The notes under the pieces were generated by a model, which searched no databases, was not told where the DNA came from, and saw only the letters and a list, made by a program, of their open reading frames with translations. The translations under genes and the position numbers were made by a program. A stretch of DNA of 64,000 bases from a virus, in the IMG/VR virus record IMGVR_UViG_3300013286_000009, positions 21,597-85,596 of that record; one strand, written 5' to 3'. Below, in pieces: positions 1 through 9,934 of this stretch (position 1 is its first letter; the number at the start of each line of letters is the position of its first letter).

Positions 1-158
1 TGTGCATTTTCTACTTGAGCATGTTCGCCTGTTTCTGGCGTGAACTCGTATTGCTCTTTTAACAAAGCATATCGAGTAACGATCCTGCAAATATCTGTTG
101 GTATGATAGATTTGACACTAACATATTTGTTTATTTTAAAAAATTCAGGATTTGTCAT
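1..158 (-). CDS. 5' part of a gene running off the left edge, probably a phage 2OG-Fe(II) oxygenase-family protein
   Basis: Not in the ORF track. ATG at 158 overlaps the TGA of 155..943 (ATGA coupling). The frame MTNPEFFKINKYVSVKSIIPTDICRIVTRYALLKEQYEFTPETGEHAQVENAH is open to the edge, and its N-terminus resembles phage oxygenases. Confidence 0.6.
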   Translation of the reverse strand, partial: MTNPEFFKINKYVSVKSIIPTDICRIVTRYALLKEQYEFTPETGEHAQVENA

Positions 159-943
159 TTAAATGGTGCTCCTAGATTCCATGCTACTAAGCTATAGCGT
201 GTGCCTTTTGTTACTGGAGTAACTTGATGGTGTATATGTGAAGGGAATACCACTACAGACCCTTTTGGTCTTATTTCATTACAAGTATGATATCGATCGG
301 GTCTATGTGGCCCAAGATCAAACCTTAATTTTCCGCCGGTATAATCTTTACCATCGTTAAGACTTATAGTCACACTTAATTTTCTTGTTTTTCCAACCAT
401 TTTTGTGTTACCCGTTCGCCATTGTTCCTCGGGCATAGGATTTCCAGTTTGATCTACAAATATTGTACCGTCTGTATTTTTGTGAACTGGGTGTATTGTT
501 GGATCAAATGCTTCATACGGACGTTCGCTACAGTCAGTATGCCATCCGTAAAACTGTCCTGGAGTATATTTTGTGAATTGAAAATCCTCAGTAAAATCCC
601 AATCAAAATTCCAGCTGGCTTTAGTGTTAGCCTCTCTAACGAACGGCCATACTATATCGAACAGCGATGAATTATTTAAAAAAACAACATTAGAATCTCT
701 AACATACAAGTTTTCTAGATCCGACTTTGCGTGTATTAATCCGCTTACTGTTTTATCACCAACCGGTACACCTCCTTTTAACGAACTTTTTTCACGCCAG
801 CCTCCGGTAGTACCGGAAATAGCATCTTCACCATATTTAGATTGAGTATCGTGCATAGCACTAATACCCAGCTCTAATATTTGATCGCAAATTTCAGGAG
901 GTATTGCTGATTTAAAAAACCAATAATAATACTGAAGTATCAC
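155..943 (-). CDS. 2OG-Fe(II) oxygenase, prolyl-4-hydroxylase-like
   Basis: YGWHTD (HxD), RKLSVTISL, FPSHIHHQVTPVTKGTRYSLVAW (distal His and 2OG-binding Arg). GTG start overlaps the upstream TGA. Confidence 0.9.
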   Translation of the reverse strand: MILQYYYWFFKSAIPPEICDQILELGISAMHDTQSKYGEDAISGTTGGWREKSSLKGGVPVGDKTVSGLIHAKSDLENLYVRDSNVVFLNNSSLFDIVWPFVREANTKASWNFDWDFTEDFQFTKYTPGQFYGWHTDCSERPYEAFDPTIHPVHKNTDGTIFVDQTGNPMPEEQWRTGNTKMVGKTRKLSVTISLNDGKDYTGGKLRFDLGPHRPDRYHTCNEIRPKGSVVVFPSHIHHQVTPVTKGTRYSLVAWNLGAPFK

Positions 944-1554
944 CTAAACAATGCTCCGTGTACATGCCCGATTATGAAATGTGCTGTTCCTTTCTTCATT
1001 GGTGCAATTCGATAAGGGATAAAGGAAGGAAAAATAAGACAGCATCCCTGGTCGTTAACACCAGCTTGGGAAGTATCAATATTTAAAAACTCAACTTGGC
1101 CGCCTTCATACTCTGCAGGGTCCGTAAGATTGATAATAAAAGTCAATTTGCGCGAAGGTGCTACTGGTGTCATTTCGATATGCCAATTATAATAATCTTT
1201 TTCAGTATACTTGAAAACTTGGGGATAATCTTGATCTATAATACCTAACAAATTAAAATCATATACTGAATCGTTAGCATTTTTTGTAACATCACGGATA
1301 TCCATAAAAGGAAATCCTTCAACGTTGCCCCTTAGTTTTTGTCTTGTAGATTTATGCAAATCAACAGAACCTATCACTTTAGAAGGTAACCACAATTCTT
1401 CAATGCAGTTTTTTAATACTTGTTCGCATTGATCTTTGGAAAATAATTCTGATTTGTTAATGGATGTAATTTCTAAACTAGCAATTTTAGTAGTCATTGC
1501 TGCCGCCGCATCGGTAAAACTGCTGTCGATAGATCCTAATTCTTCTGTTGCCAT
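940..1554 (-). CDS. 2OG-Fe(II) oxygenase-fold protein with degenerate active site
   Basis: Same scaffold as 155..943 (YYNWHIE, RKLTFIINL, YEGG, IFPSF), but the distal His aligns to Tyr (IPYRI) and the Arg to Ala (KGTAHF). Confidence 0.8.
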   Translation of the reverse strand: MATEELGSIDSSFTDAAAAMTTKIASLEITSINKSELFSKDQCEQVLKNCIEELWLPSKVIGSVDLHKSTRQKLRGNVEGFPFMDIRDVTKNANDSVYDFNLLGIIDQDYPQVFKYTEKDYYNWHIEMTPVAPSRKLTFIINLTDPAEYEGGQVEFLNIDTSQAGVNDQGCCLIFPSFIPYRIAPMKKGTAHFIIGHVHGALFR

Positions 1555-1689
1555 AGTATGGGTCCTTGTATGGTTATTTTGTATGTACTTATCTTAAAGA
1601 TATCGATGAATTTAAAGTTTTGGCGGTTCAAGTCTGCTGACCGCACGATAGAATTATTGTAAATATTGGGACAAGGAGAACTGTTTTTA

Positions 1690-2289
1690 ATGGGTTGGCT
1701 AGAAGATAACACCATGCATTCGCCGGTAACTATATACAAATCCGAGCACACATTTATAGAAACTGTGGTGTCGGGTTCTCGTTTTCCTTGGTTCTGGCAA
1801 GGGCAACAAACGTTCAACGATGCCAAGGAAAATGCGGCCTTGCCAAAAGATATGAAATATTTTAACGGGCCTTATCTTAGTCATATATTGTTACACAGGA
1901 CTGAAGTAGAAGAAATCAGCCATTTAACAAGAATCGCAAAAGATTCTAGTGAACATTATGAATTCTTTATAGAAATTTTTCATAGATGGATGGTTGAACA
2001 GGGATTAAAATATACTAAAATTTTCAGGGCAAATCTTAATCTCACATGGCATAACGGCAATTTGCATACAGAACCACATTTGGATCATGCATGGCCCCAT
2101 AATAATTTTGTAATGTATTTGGATACTTGCGAAGGAGCTGAAACATTACTATGGGATGACAAATTTGAACAAATGTTCGCAATACCCTGTGTTAGTTACA
2201 CCGCTGTTACATTTAAATCTTGCTGGCATGCACATAGATATCCTGCTATTGGAAAACGTCGACTAATATTAGTGATTACATACGCATGA
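1690..2289 (+). CDS. 2OG-Fe(II) oxygenase (cyanophage-type)
   Basis: FPWF near the N-terminus, EPHLDH (HxD), WHAHRYP...RRLILVITY. Start moved to ATG 1690, after GGAG at 1675-1678. Confidence 0.8.
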   Translation: MGWLEDNTMHSPVTIYKSEHTFIETVVSGSRFPWFWQGQQTFNDAKENAALPKDMKYFNGPYLSHILLHRTEVEEISHLTRIAKDSSEHYEFFIEIFHRWMVEQGLKYTKIFRANLNLTWHNGNLHTEPHLDHAWPHNNFVMYLDTCEGAETLLWDDKFEQMFAIPCVSYTAVTFKSCWHAHRYPAIGKRRLILVITYA

Positions 2290-2365
2290 CAGATATCCGG
2301 CGCCAAAACAGCGTAGAGTTGTGTTTGTAGTTACATATATATAGTAAACATAAAATAGGAATCGT

Positions 2366-3922
2366 ATGAAAATAGTAATTGTTGGCGGAGGTACTGCTGG
2401 GTGGACTACGGCAGTTTTAATGTCTAGCAGATGGCCTACACATCAGATTACCGTCATTGAATCTACTAAGATAGGAGTTATTGGGGTGGGAGAAAGTACC
2501 ACCGGATTCTTAACAGACATACTTACCAATTACGGTCAGGATCTAGATATGGATCACGACGAATTTATTGCGGAAACAGGCGCAACTTTAAAGTATTCCA
2601 TCAAACACAAGGGATGGACTAACGATATAGACGACTTTTATCACGGGCCGATAGACGGTACCACTACTAAGGAAAGTACCCCAGATGTTGCTTTTGCATA
2701 CGCTTTGAAATACCTGCAATCTAAACAACGACCTAATGCATCAGAATGCGGGTGGTTAATAACTTCTGGTAAATCTAATTTTAACAAACACACAAATACA
2801 TTTGACAATTATCGACATGCTATGCACGTCGATGCACATTTAGTCGGAAAATATTTTAAAAAGAAAGCGTTATGCAGATCTAATGCCTCTCATGTAGATT
2901 CAGAAGTTGTTAAAACTAATCTTGATGAAAAAGGATACATTAAATCCGTTAGATTAACTGATGGTTCTGAGGTAGCCGGTGATTTTTTTATAGATTGTAC
3001 TGGATTTTCTAAAATGTTGATGAAAGAAATGCCCGGTAACGGATGGGAAAGTTATCAAAAAAATCTCCCTTTAAATACCGGATTGCCATTCCAATTAAAA
3101 TACTTAGATGATGAGATGCCAGAGCCGTTTACAACAGCTTGGGCTCAAAAGAACGGATGGATGTGGCAAATACCACTCATGGATCGCAAAGGATGTGGTT
3201 ATGTATTTTGTGATGCATTTACTACTCCAGATAAAGCACAAGAAGAAATTGAGACTATTTTAAAAAGACCAATAGAACCTATTAAAGTTATTAAATTTGA
3301 TACTGGTAGACAAAAATCATCATGGATTAATAACTGTGTAACTATAGGGCTGTCTTCGGCCTTTTTAGAACCACTAGAAGCTACCAGTATTCATACTACT
3401 ATTGTACAAGCAAGAATACTAGCATTTGAATTTATTAAACATACTCTTGAAGATACTATAAATCCTGGAAGTATTAACATATACAATCAAAGAACAAGAC
3501 GTATATTCGACGATGTTAAAGATTTCTTAGTAATGCACTATATGGGTGGTAGGAATGATTCAGAATTTTGGAAATATATTGAAACTGGTGCAACTAAAAC
3601 CCCGTATGTCAACGATTTACTGCTCATGGCTCAGAACAAATTGCCTACTGTAAATGATTTTCCACAATATCTTGGCTCGGCCGGTTGGGCACTGTACAGC
3701 TATGTTATGGCTGGAATAAATCGAATAGATATATCAAAGATGGATGGCGAATTAAATCTAGAAACCCCTGGCGGGAATTTAGAATTTATAGCTAGAGAAT
3801 TTCATTATGATTTCCAAGATCAGATGAAAAGAAAATATCAGGATTGCGCCAGCTATGATGACTTCATAAGACATTTCAGGGCAATTAGACACAAACACGG
3901 TTTTTCAGATCTTAAACCTTAA
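2366..3922 (+). CDS. Flavin-dependent (tryptophan) halogenase family protein 1
   Basis: GGGTAG FAD motif, GVGEST, GATLKYSI (catalytic Lys position), GWMWQIP, FLEPLEATSI. Confidence 0.92.
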   Translation: MKIVIVGGGTAGWTTAVLMSSRWPTHQITVIESTKIGVIGVGESTTGFLTDILTNYGQDLDMDHDEFIAETGATLKYSIKHKGWTNDIDDFYHGPIDGTTTKESTPDVAFAYALKYLQSKQRPNASECGWLITSGKSNFNKHTNTFDNYRHAMHVDAHLVGKYFKKKALCRSNASHVDSEVVKTNLDEKGYIKSVRLTDGSEVAGDFFIDCTGFSKMLMKEMPGNGWESYQKNLPLNTGLPFQLKYLDDEMPEPFTTAWAQKNGWMWQIPLMDRKGCGYVFCDAFTTPDKAQEEIETILKRPIEPIKVIKFDTGRQKSSWINNCVTIGLSSAFLEPLEATSIHTTIVQARILAFEFIKHTLEDTINPGSINIYNQRTRRIFDDVKDFLVMHYMGGRNDSEFWKYIETGATKTPYVNDLLLMAQNKLPTVNDFPQYLGSAGWALYSYVMAGINRIDISKMDGELNLETPGGNLEFIAREFHYDFQDQMKRKYQDCASYDDFIRHFRAIRHKHGFSDLKP

Positions 3923-4540
3923 TTAGAAAAAATTAAAGGATAGGCTTACTCTAAGATCGTCTTCATCTTCTGTAAGATTAGATTCAACATAGTGTGCTAA
4001 ATGCCCGGGAAATAATAATAACATTCCTTCTTTGGGTTTAAATGAATATTGTGTCCATAGTCTGCTGTTATTAATATCTTTTCCTTGCTTTTCTAATTGT
4101 TGGCTAATGAAATTCATGCGGTCTACTTCTATTACCGATCTAGTAAACACGATGTTGCCGCTATTAGCCGGTACCTTAAGATAATAAACACCGCTTAGAA
4201 AAGCATTATGATGAGTGTGTTCTCTGTTGTATGTATGGCGTGGATTGGCATTATACCAGTATGCAACAGTATCCATTTCTGAAGGTAATTCCCATGCAGA
4301 TTTTATACGTTTAGCAGACGGAATTATATAATTTTGAAATAATCGATCAGTTGCCCAGTTATCGTAATTAGGAGAATACATCGCCGGAGATTGCCAACCT
4401 CCTAAATTGCTCTTTTGCACACTAGGAGTAGTTGGTATTAATTGTTTTATGGCATCAAGAATAGGCGGATTGATCACCGGATCTAAATAAGTACTAAAAC
4501 AAGATGATACAAACAATAAATTTTCTTTTAGCTCTGCCAT
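3923..4540 (-). CDS. 2OG-Fe(II) oxygenase, TIGR02466-like (HxH type)
   Basis: KSNLGGWQS, NREHTHHNAFLSGVYY, FPGHLAHYVE...RVSLSFN. Confidence 0.88.
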   Translation of the reverse strand: MAELKENLLFVSSCFSTYLDPVINPPILDAIKQLIPTTPSVQKSNLGGWQSPAMYSPNYDNWATDRLFQNYIIPSAKRIKSAWELPSEMDTVAYWYNANPRHTYNREHTHHNAFLSGVYYLKVPANSGNIVFTRSVIEVDRMNFISQQLEKQGKDINNSRLWTQYSFKPKEGMLLLFPGHLAHYVESNLTEDEDDLRVSLSFNFF

Positions 4541-4545
4541 GTAGA

Positions 4546-4553
4546 TATTTATA
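4546..4553 (-). promoter_or_regulatory. T4-type late promoter TATAAATA
   Basis: Exact TATAAATA 5 nt upstream of ATG 4540. It overlaps a plus-strand TATAAATG (4550-4557) that faces gene 4580. Confidence 0.7.
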
Positions 4554-4579
4554 AATGCACATTTAACACGGAATCATTC

Positions 4580-6049
4580 ATGAAACAACTTAAAAAACTA
4601 TCAGTGATAGGGGGCGGAACAGCTGGATTTGTTGCCGCTTTAATTCTTAAACAAAGATTTCCACTTATGGAAATTGAATTAGTTAGATCTAAAAAGATAG
4701 GTATTATAGGTGTCGGTGAAGGTAGTACTGAACACTGGAATGAATTCCTCACATATATTGGAGTTAAATGGCAAGCTGTTATTCAGCACTGCGATGCTAC
4801 GTTTAAATGCGGTATTATGTTTCGTGGGTGGGCAGATGAGGACTATATGCATAGCATCGGGCCAGAAAATGATGTTAAGAATGGACAATATCCTACCATC
4901 TATGGCAAATACATAGCAGAAGGTGCTGCCAACAGATTCTTTAATCCTAATTTAACGTGGGATAACAAGCTATACGCAAACTTTTTAAAGCCTGAGACAT
5001 CTTCTCCCTACAATCAATATCATTTTAATACTCAAAAATTGAATGATTTCCTTACCATGATTGCCATACACAAAGGCATAACAGTTACCGATGATGAAAT
5101 AGTCGATATTATCCTTAACGAACAAGGCGAAATAGAAGAGCTTGTTGGAGAAACAAGCTCTTATAAATCTGATTTTTACATAGATAGTACCGGTTTTAAA
5201 AGATTATTGATATCTAAACTAGGAGCAAAGTGGTGCAGTTATAGCCAGTATCTTAAAATGAAAGCCGCTATTGTATTTCCTATAGGGGATACAGAAGAAT
5301 ACAATATATGGACCACAGCACAAGCTATGGATTACGGTTGGATGTTTAAAATTCCAGTATGGGGACGTAGTGGCAACGGGTATATTTTTGATAGTGATTA
5401 TATTACTGCGGAACAGGCGCAAGAAGAAGTTGAAAAATTCCTCGGACATAAGATAGAAGTAGGTAAACATTTGACATTTGATCCGGGTGCCTTAGATAAC
5501 GTATGGATTAAAAATTGTTGCGCTGTTGGACTTAGTTCTAGTTTTGTAGAACCATTAGAAGCTACGAGTATTGGAACTAGTATACAACAAGTTTTTAAAT
5601 TAATGCATCGTATTCCAAATTATAACGAAGATACTATAGAAGAATATAATAAAGATATTAGTGATATGTTAACTAACATCAGAGATTTTGTTATTTTGCA
5701 TTATGTTACAAACAAATCAAATACACAATTTTGGAAAGATGTAGCTAATATTAAATTGCCAGACGAATTAGAACGTAATATTAAAAAATGGCGTAAAAAT
5801 TTACCCATAGCAGAAGATTTTCAAGGCAAGTCTGCTTATATTTTATTTAGAGATGCTCATTACTTACAAGTATTAGCTGGATTAAAATTGTTTGACCAGC
5901 AAAGCATACGTGCTGAATACGACATGATGAATCCAGCTGTTAAAAAAATAGCAGAAGATTTTATTAGAGAGACTAAAACTGCTGAAAAACGTGATCCAGT
6001 TATAGGTCACAAAGAATTTATTACAAAATTACGTAATACAAAATACTAA
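4580..6049 (+). CDS. Flavin-dependent halogenase family protein 2
   Basis: GGGTAG, GVGEGS, DATFKCGI, GWMFKIP (variant of WxWxIP), FVEPLEATSI. Confidence 0.92.
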   Translation: MKQLKKLSVIGGGTAGFVAALILKQRFPLMEIELVRSKKIGIIGVGEGSTEHWNEFLTYIGVKWQAVIQHCDATFKCGIMFRGWADEDYMHSIGPENDVKNGQYPTIYGKYIAEGAANRFFNPNLTWDNKLYANFLKPETSSPYNQYHFNTQKLNDFLTMIAIHKGITVTDDEIVDIILNEQGEIEELVGETSSYKSDFYIDSTGFKRLLISKLGAKWCSYSQYLKMKAAIVFPIGDTEEYNIWTTAQAMDYGWMFKIPVWGRSGNGYIFDSDYITAEQAQEEVEKFLGHKIEVGKHLTFDPGALDNVWIKNCCAVGLSSSFVEPLEATSIGTSIQQVFKLMHRIPNYNEDTIEEYNKDISDMLTNIRDFVILHYVTNKSNTQFWKDVANIKLPDELERNIKKWRKNLPIAEDFQGKSAYILFRDAHYLQVLAGLKLFDQQSIRAEYDMMNPAVKKIAEDFIRETKTAEKRDPVIGHKEFITKLRNTKY

Positions 6050-6631
6050 TCAGCTGAAATTCATTGCTATTGATATGCGGGGAGTAATATTCTTCCCAGG
6101 TTCTACCATGTGTCTAAGCCAGGATCTGAATATTAAAAGTTTTGCAGGTTCTGGAGCATAAGATATACGGGTAAAGCTAAGTGTATTTTTCTTTTTAATT
6201 TTCTTAAGGCCAAACATATCAGGTTCTAGTGGGCTTTCAAATATGATACGCCCGGCATTTTCTGGAGCAGCCATATAAAAAACTGCACTAAAAATAGACC
6301 CGTTATGTGTATGAAATTCTTGCCAACCCTTGTCATCAGATATGTTTAACCAAGCAGAATCATTTTTATATGTTCCTTCGCAATTATGTAACGATGCGAA
6401 TTCATTAACATGATCTGTAATTAAATCTAACAACGGTTTAAATACCGGATCGTTAGTTAAATCATGAGTACCGTGTGTATTATATGTACCACCTAACCAT
6501 TCTGCTCCTCCAGTTGGAGTTTTATCTTTGATGATAAAAGAATGTTCTATAAGGTTTGCATTTTCTTCTGCGGATATAAGATTTTCTTCTACATAAATGC
6601 ATGTAGGAAACCACATTTCAACTTTGCCCAT
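6050..6631 (-). CDS. 2OG-Fe(II) oxygenase, TIGR02466-like
   Basis: QEFHTHNGSIFSAVFY, FRSWLRHMVE...RISIAMN. Confidence 0.88.
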   Translation of the reverse strand: MGKVEMWFPTCIYVEENLISAEENANLIEHSFIIKDKTPTGGAEWLGGTYNTHGTHDLTNDPVFKPLLDLITDHVNEFASLHNCEGTYKNDSAWLNISDDKGWQEFHTHNGSIFSAVFYMAAPENAGRIIFESPLEPDMFGLKKIKKKNTLSFTRISYAPEPAKLLIFRSWLRHMVEPGKNITPRISIAMNFS

Positions 6632-7235
6632 TTGGTCCTGCCCATATATTAAATGAAATTGCTATGCGATTCTTATCAGATTTATTAACAGTTACTGAAT
6701 GATTTAACCAGGATTCAAATAATATAATTTCTCCTTTTACTGGCGTATGATTAACACTGTAAAAATTATAACCGTTATCTTCTTTTTTTAAAGTATTAAA
6801 AAATACATCTGTTACTCGCCTAGTTTCTATAGGATTAAAAAATACTATATCACCGCTGTCTTCTGGTACTTGCAAATAATAACAACCGCTTATTAATGCT
6901 CCGTAATGATCATGCCTATTAAAATCAGCACCCGGCGGGTATAACTGTAACCAGGACGTTATATCCAACAAACATTCGCGATCAAACCCTAATAATTCTA
7001 AAAATTTTCTAGCTTCTGAATTAATTACCTCTATCATAGGAAAATCTTTAATTTTTCCTAAGAAATTTTTATCTGTTTGATAATAAGTTGTTAATAATTG
7101 TTTAGGATCTCGGGATTCTTCAAAGCATTTAGATTCGTCGATGTAGTCGTATACTAATCCTAAAGAATTAGCTACTAATTCTGGATCAACGGTTGTTGTT
7201 ACTATAGGAATTGGAAATATATGATCTATCTTCAT
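6618..7235 (-). CDS. 2OG-Fe(II) oxygenase, TIGR02466-like
   Basis: NRHDHYGALISGCYY, FESWLNHSV...RIAISFN. Confidence 0.88.
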   Translation of the reverse strand: MKIDHIFPIPIVTTTVDPELVANSLGLVYDYIDESKCFEESRDPKQLLTTYYQTDKNFLGKIKDFPMIEVINSEARKFLELLGFDRECLLDITSWLQLYPPGADFNRHDHYGALISGCYYLQVPEDSGDIVFFNPIETRRVTDVFFNTLKKEDNGYNFYSVNHTPVKGEIILFESWLNHSVTVNKSDKNRIAISFNIWAGPNGQS

Positions 7236-7837
7236 AATGGTTCTAGATTTATATTTAATATCACCCGTCTACTGGATTGTATAGGATTGCTAGCAGTATG
7301 GTATTGTAAACCATTTATCCATACAAGTCGATTGGCTTTAGGATGTACTCGGGTGCGGGTGGTAAACTTGTCATATCCAATGCCATTACTACCTGGTACA
7401 GGGATAAACGTTTGATCAAATATTCTAGTATCACCGTCGCAGTCGTTAAAATAAAATATCAATGTTTCGTGTGGTCGAAAATAATCAACATGTGGTAAGT
7501 TATAATTTTCTTCTGTATAATTTATTCTAGGATGTTTCATACTGCATCTTGCACGTATCAAATGTCTTTCTGTAAAATTTAAGGTTGCAAGTTTTTTAAA
7601 AAATGGCATGAATAAATCGTATGTAAAACTTTTTACGTCGTATGTTTTATCATAAATTACATGATTGAATCCATCCGTTTCAACTGCTAATAAATCTTTT
7701 ACTACATTATCTTCAGGAGCCAATGACACATGTTCAGAATAAAACCATGGAAATTTTTCCGATAATACAGCCGCGGCCAATGGTTGAAATTGTTCCGCAG
7801 GCAAAAAATCATCTATTATTTTTAATCGATCTGTCAT
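7232..7837 (-). CDS. 2OG-Fe(II) oxygenase (cyanophage-type)
   Basis: IIDDFLP, FPWFY, LPHVDY, PKANR...YHTASNP...RVILNIN. Confidence 0.85.
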   Translation of the reverse strand: MTDRLKIIDDFLPAEQFQPLAAAVLSEKFPWFYSEHVSLAPEDNVVKDLLAVETDGFNHVIYDKTYDVKSFTYDLFMPFFKKLATLNFTERHLIRARCSMKHPRINYTEENYNLPHVDYFRPHETLIFYFNDCDGDTRIFDQTFIPVPGSNGIGYDKFTTRTRVHPKANRLVWINGLQYHTASNPIQSSRRVILNINLEPL

Positions 7838-8394
7838 TATATTACATCAAAATTAATAATGCATCTTACATCTTGTAAAGGTTGTTCAGCTGTATGATAG
7901 TACTTACCATTAAAAATAACAGCTCGTCCTTGTTTTGGAGTTATCCTATGTATGATATTGTAATCTTGTACCTTAGCATCAAATTCTTCAATTGCTCCAT
8001 GGCGCTGTTTATCCACTATGATAGTATCTCCATCACTGTCTGTTACATAATATAATATTACTAAATGATCATATGTTAAATCTATGTGTAAATTATCAAC
8101 TTGTTTTAAATTTTTTGATGGAAATTGCATAAAACTGCGACACTGTACTACATCGTTGTATCTAAAATTTATAGCATCGCATCCAATATATGCTAATGGT
8201 GCTAACATATTATAAAAACTGCTTACAGTTTCTTTGCGATCTCTGTATAAATGAGCTAGCGCAGGAGTGTGTGTACTGGCCAAATTTCCAAATGTAATAT
8301 CTGGAGTGAAATACCAGGGAAATGCAGGACCCATTAGTGTTTGTTTAATCTGTTCTTGATAAGTTTTTGGTATAAAATCGTCTATTATCTTCAT
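7837..8394 (-). CDS. 2OG-Fe(II) oxygenase (cyanophage-type)
   Basis: IIDDFIP, FPWYF, LHIDL, PKQGR...YHTAEQP...RCIINF. Paralog of 7232..7837. Confidence 0.85.
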   Translation of the reverse strand: MKIIDDFIPKTYQEQIKQTLMGPAFPWYFTPDITFGNLASTHTPALAHLYRDRKETVSSFYNMLAPLAYIGCDAINFRYNDVVQCRSFMQFPSKNLKQVDNLHIDLTYDHLVILYYVTDSDGDTIIVDKQRHGAIEEFDAKVQDYNIIHRITPKQGRAVIFNGKYYHTAEQPLQDVRCIINFDVI

Positions 8395-8400
8395 GTTGGA

Positions 8401-8408
8401 TATTTATA
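8401..8408 (-). promoter_or_regulatory. T4-type late promoter TATAAATA
   Basis: Exact TATAAATA 6 nt upstream of ATG 8394, at the head of a four-oxygenase run. Confidence 0.7.
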
Positions 8409-8467
8409 GAAATTTTCTACGGTACCAAAAAAAACAATAAGTACTGATAGACGGAGCAATTAAACGA

Positions 8468-9934
8468 ATGAAAGTACAATCATTAACAATAGTAGGCGGA
8501 GGTACTAGCGGTTGGCTAGCGGCCGCATATCTTTATAAAAATCAACCCGACATAAAAATAACGGTTATTGATAAAGAAGTAGGCACTCCTGTAGGTGTAG
8601 GAGAGGCGACACTGCTGTCATTCCGACCATTCCTAGACGAATGCGGAATACCTATAGAAGAATGGATTGTTCCCTTAGATGCTGGCTATAAATCTGGTAT
8701 ATTGTTTACTAATTGGCGAGAAGACGGCGATGATATATGGCATCCTTTTCAAAAAGGAAATAGAGAAATCATGGGAGAGATCAAAACTCATGATCTATGG
8801 AGCCGTAACCAACATCTAGATTTCAAAGAATATGCTTTAGATTTTTACTCGTCTTCTATAGATCATAATTCCGTCGATGTTATTAACATTGAAAACTATG
8901 CCAGTCATGTTGACTGTGGGAAATTAGTATTATTTTTACAGGATAGACTTAAAGATAAAATCGATATTATACGTTCAGACGTTGTTAGTGTTGTAAACAA
9001 CGCTCAAGGAATTGACTATCTAGAATTAAAAGACGGTTCTAAAATTAAAAGCGATTTGTATGTGGATTGTACCGGGTTTAAGAACGTACTAAGAACACCT
9101 GCAAAAAGAATCAACTTGGAAGATAGACTATTTGTTAATACCGCATTGGCACATCCAGTACAATACCAAGACCGGTCTACTGAATTTAAACCACACGCCG
9201 TATGTGAAGCAGTAGAACATGGCTGGATATGGAAGATCGGTGTTGCCAGTCGTATCGGCACCGGACTAGTGTTTAATCGAAACATAACTACCGTAGAAGA
9301 TGCTAAAGATTCTTTTGTTGCACACTGGAGTGATCGTATAAAGAAAGAAAACATTCGTGTAATTGACTGGTCTCCTTTTTACATAGAAGATCAATGGAGT
9401 GGCAATGTAGTTAATATTGGATTAAGCGCAGGATTTATCGAACCGTTAGAAAGTACAGGCATTGCGCTAATCACTATCGGTATAACACAATTGCATAATG
9501 CATTAAATGAAAGATACTATACTGATATAAATCGAGATTATTATAATCTACAGATGAAAACATTGTTTGAAGATTGCATAGATTTTGTCAGTATGCACTA
9601 TGCTAACAATCGCAGGCCTGGAAAATTCTGGGACCATGTGCGTAATACTTTTAAACCTTCGGAAAGAATGTTGCATCAGATAGACGAATTAGCTGATCCT
9701 AACATAGTAGTACCTCGAAATTCTAAACATAATTATATGTTTGGAGGAAGTAACTGGATGTTGATGCTATATCAACTAGGATATACTTTGGCGCCACGCA
9801 ATATGTCAATCCCAGATGAAGTAGCTCTTGAAAAATTAGTAAAAAACTATAAAGAATATGCTAAGAATAGGCATGTATGGAGCAGGCATCACAGTACAGA
9901 AATAGATAGAATTCACGAGATTAGAAAACTATGA
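8468..9934 (+). CDS. Flavin-dependent halogenase family protein 3
   Basis: GGGTSG, GVGEAT, DAGYKSGI, GWIWKIG, FIEPLESTGI. Confidence 0.92.
   Translation: MKVQSLTIVGGGTSGWLAAAYLYKNQPDIKITVIDKEVGTPVGVGEATLLSFRPFLDECGIPIEEWIVPLDAGYKSGILFTNWREDGDDIWHPFQKGNREIMGEIKTHDLWSRNQHLDFKEYALDFYSSSIDHNSVDVINIENYASHVDCGKLVLFLQDRLKDKIDIIRSDVVSVVNNAQGIDYLELKDGSKIKSDLYVDCTGFKNVLRTPAKRINLEDRLFVNTALAHPVQYQDRSTEFKPHAVCEAVEHGWIWKIGVASRIGTGLVFNRNITTVEDAKDSFVAHWSDRIKKENIRVIDWSPFYIEDQWSGNVVNIGLSAGFIEPLESTGIALITIGITQLHNALNERYYTDINRDYYNLQMKTLFEDCIDFVSMHYANNRRPGKFWDHVRNTFKPSERMLHQIDELADPNIVVPRNSKHNYMFGGSNWMLMLYQLGYTLAPRNMSIPDEVALEKLVKNYKEYAKNRHVWSRHHSTEIDRIHEIRKL

Noticed and set aside
1623-1644. GCGGTTCA...TGACCGC hairpin between divergent genes
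   Set aside because: A single short bulged stem with no U-tract or second copy, too weak to call.
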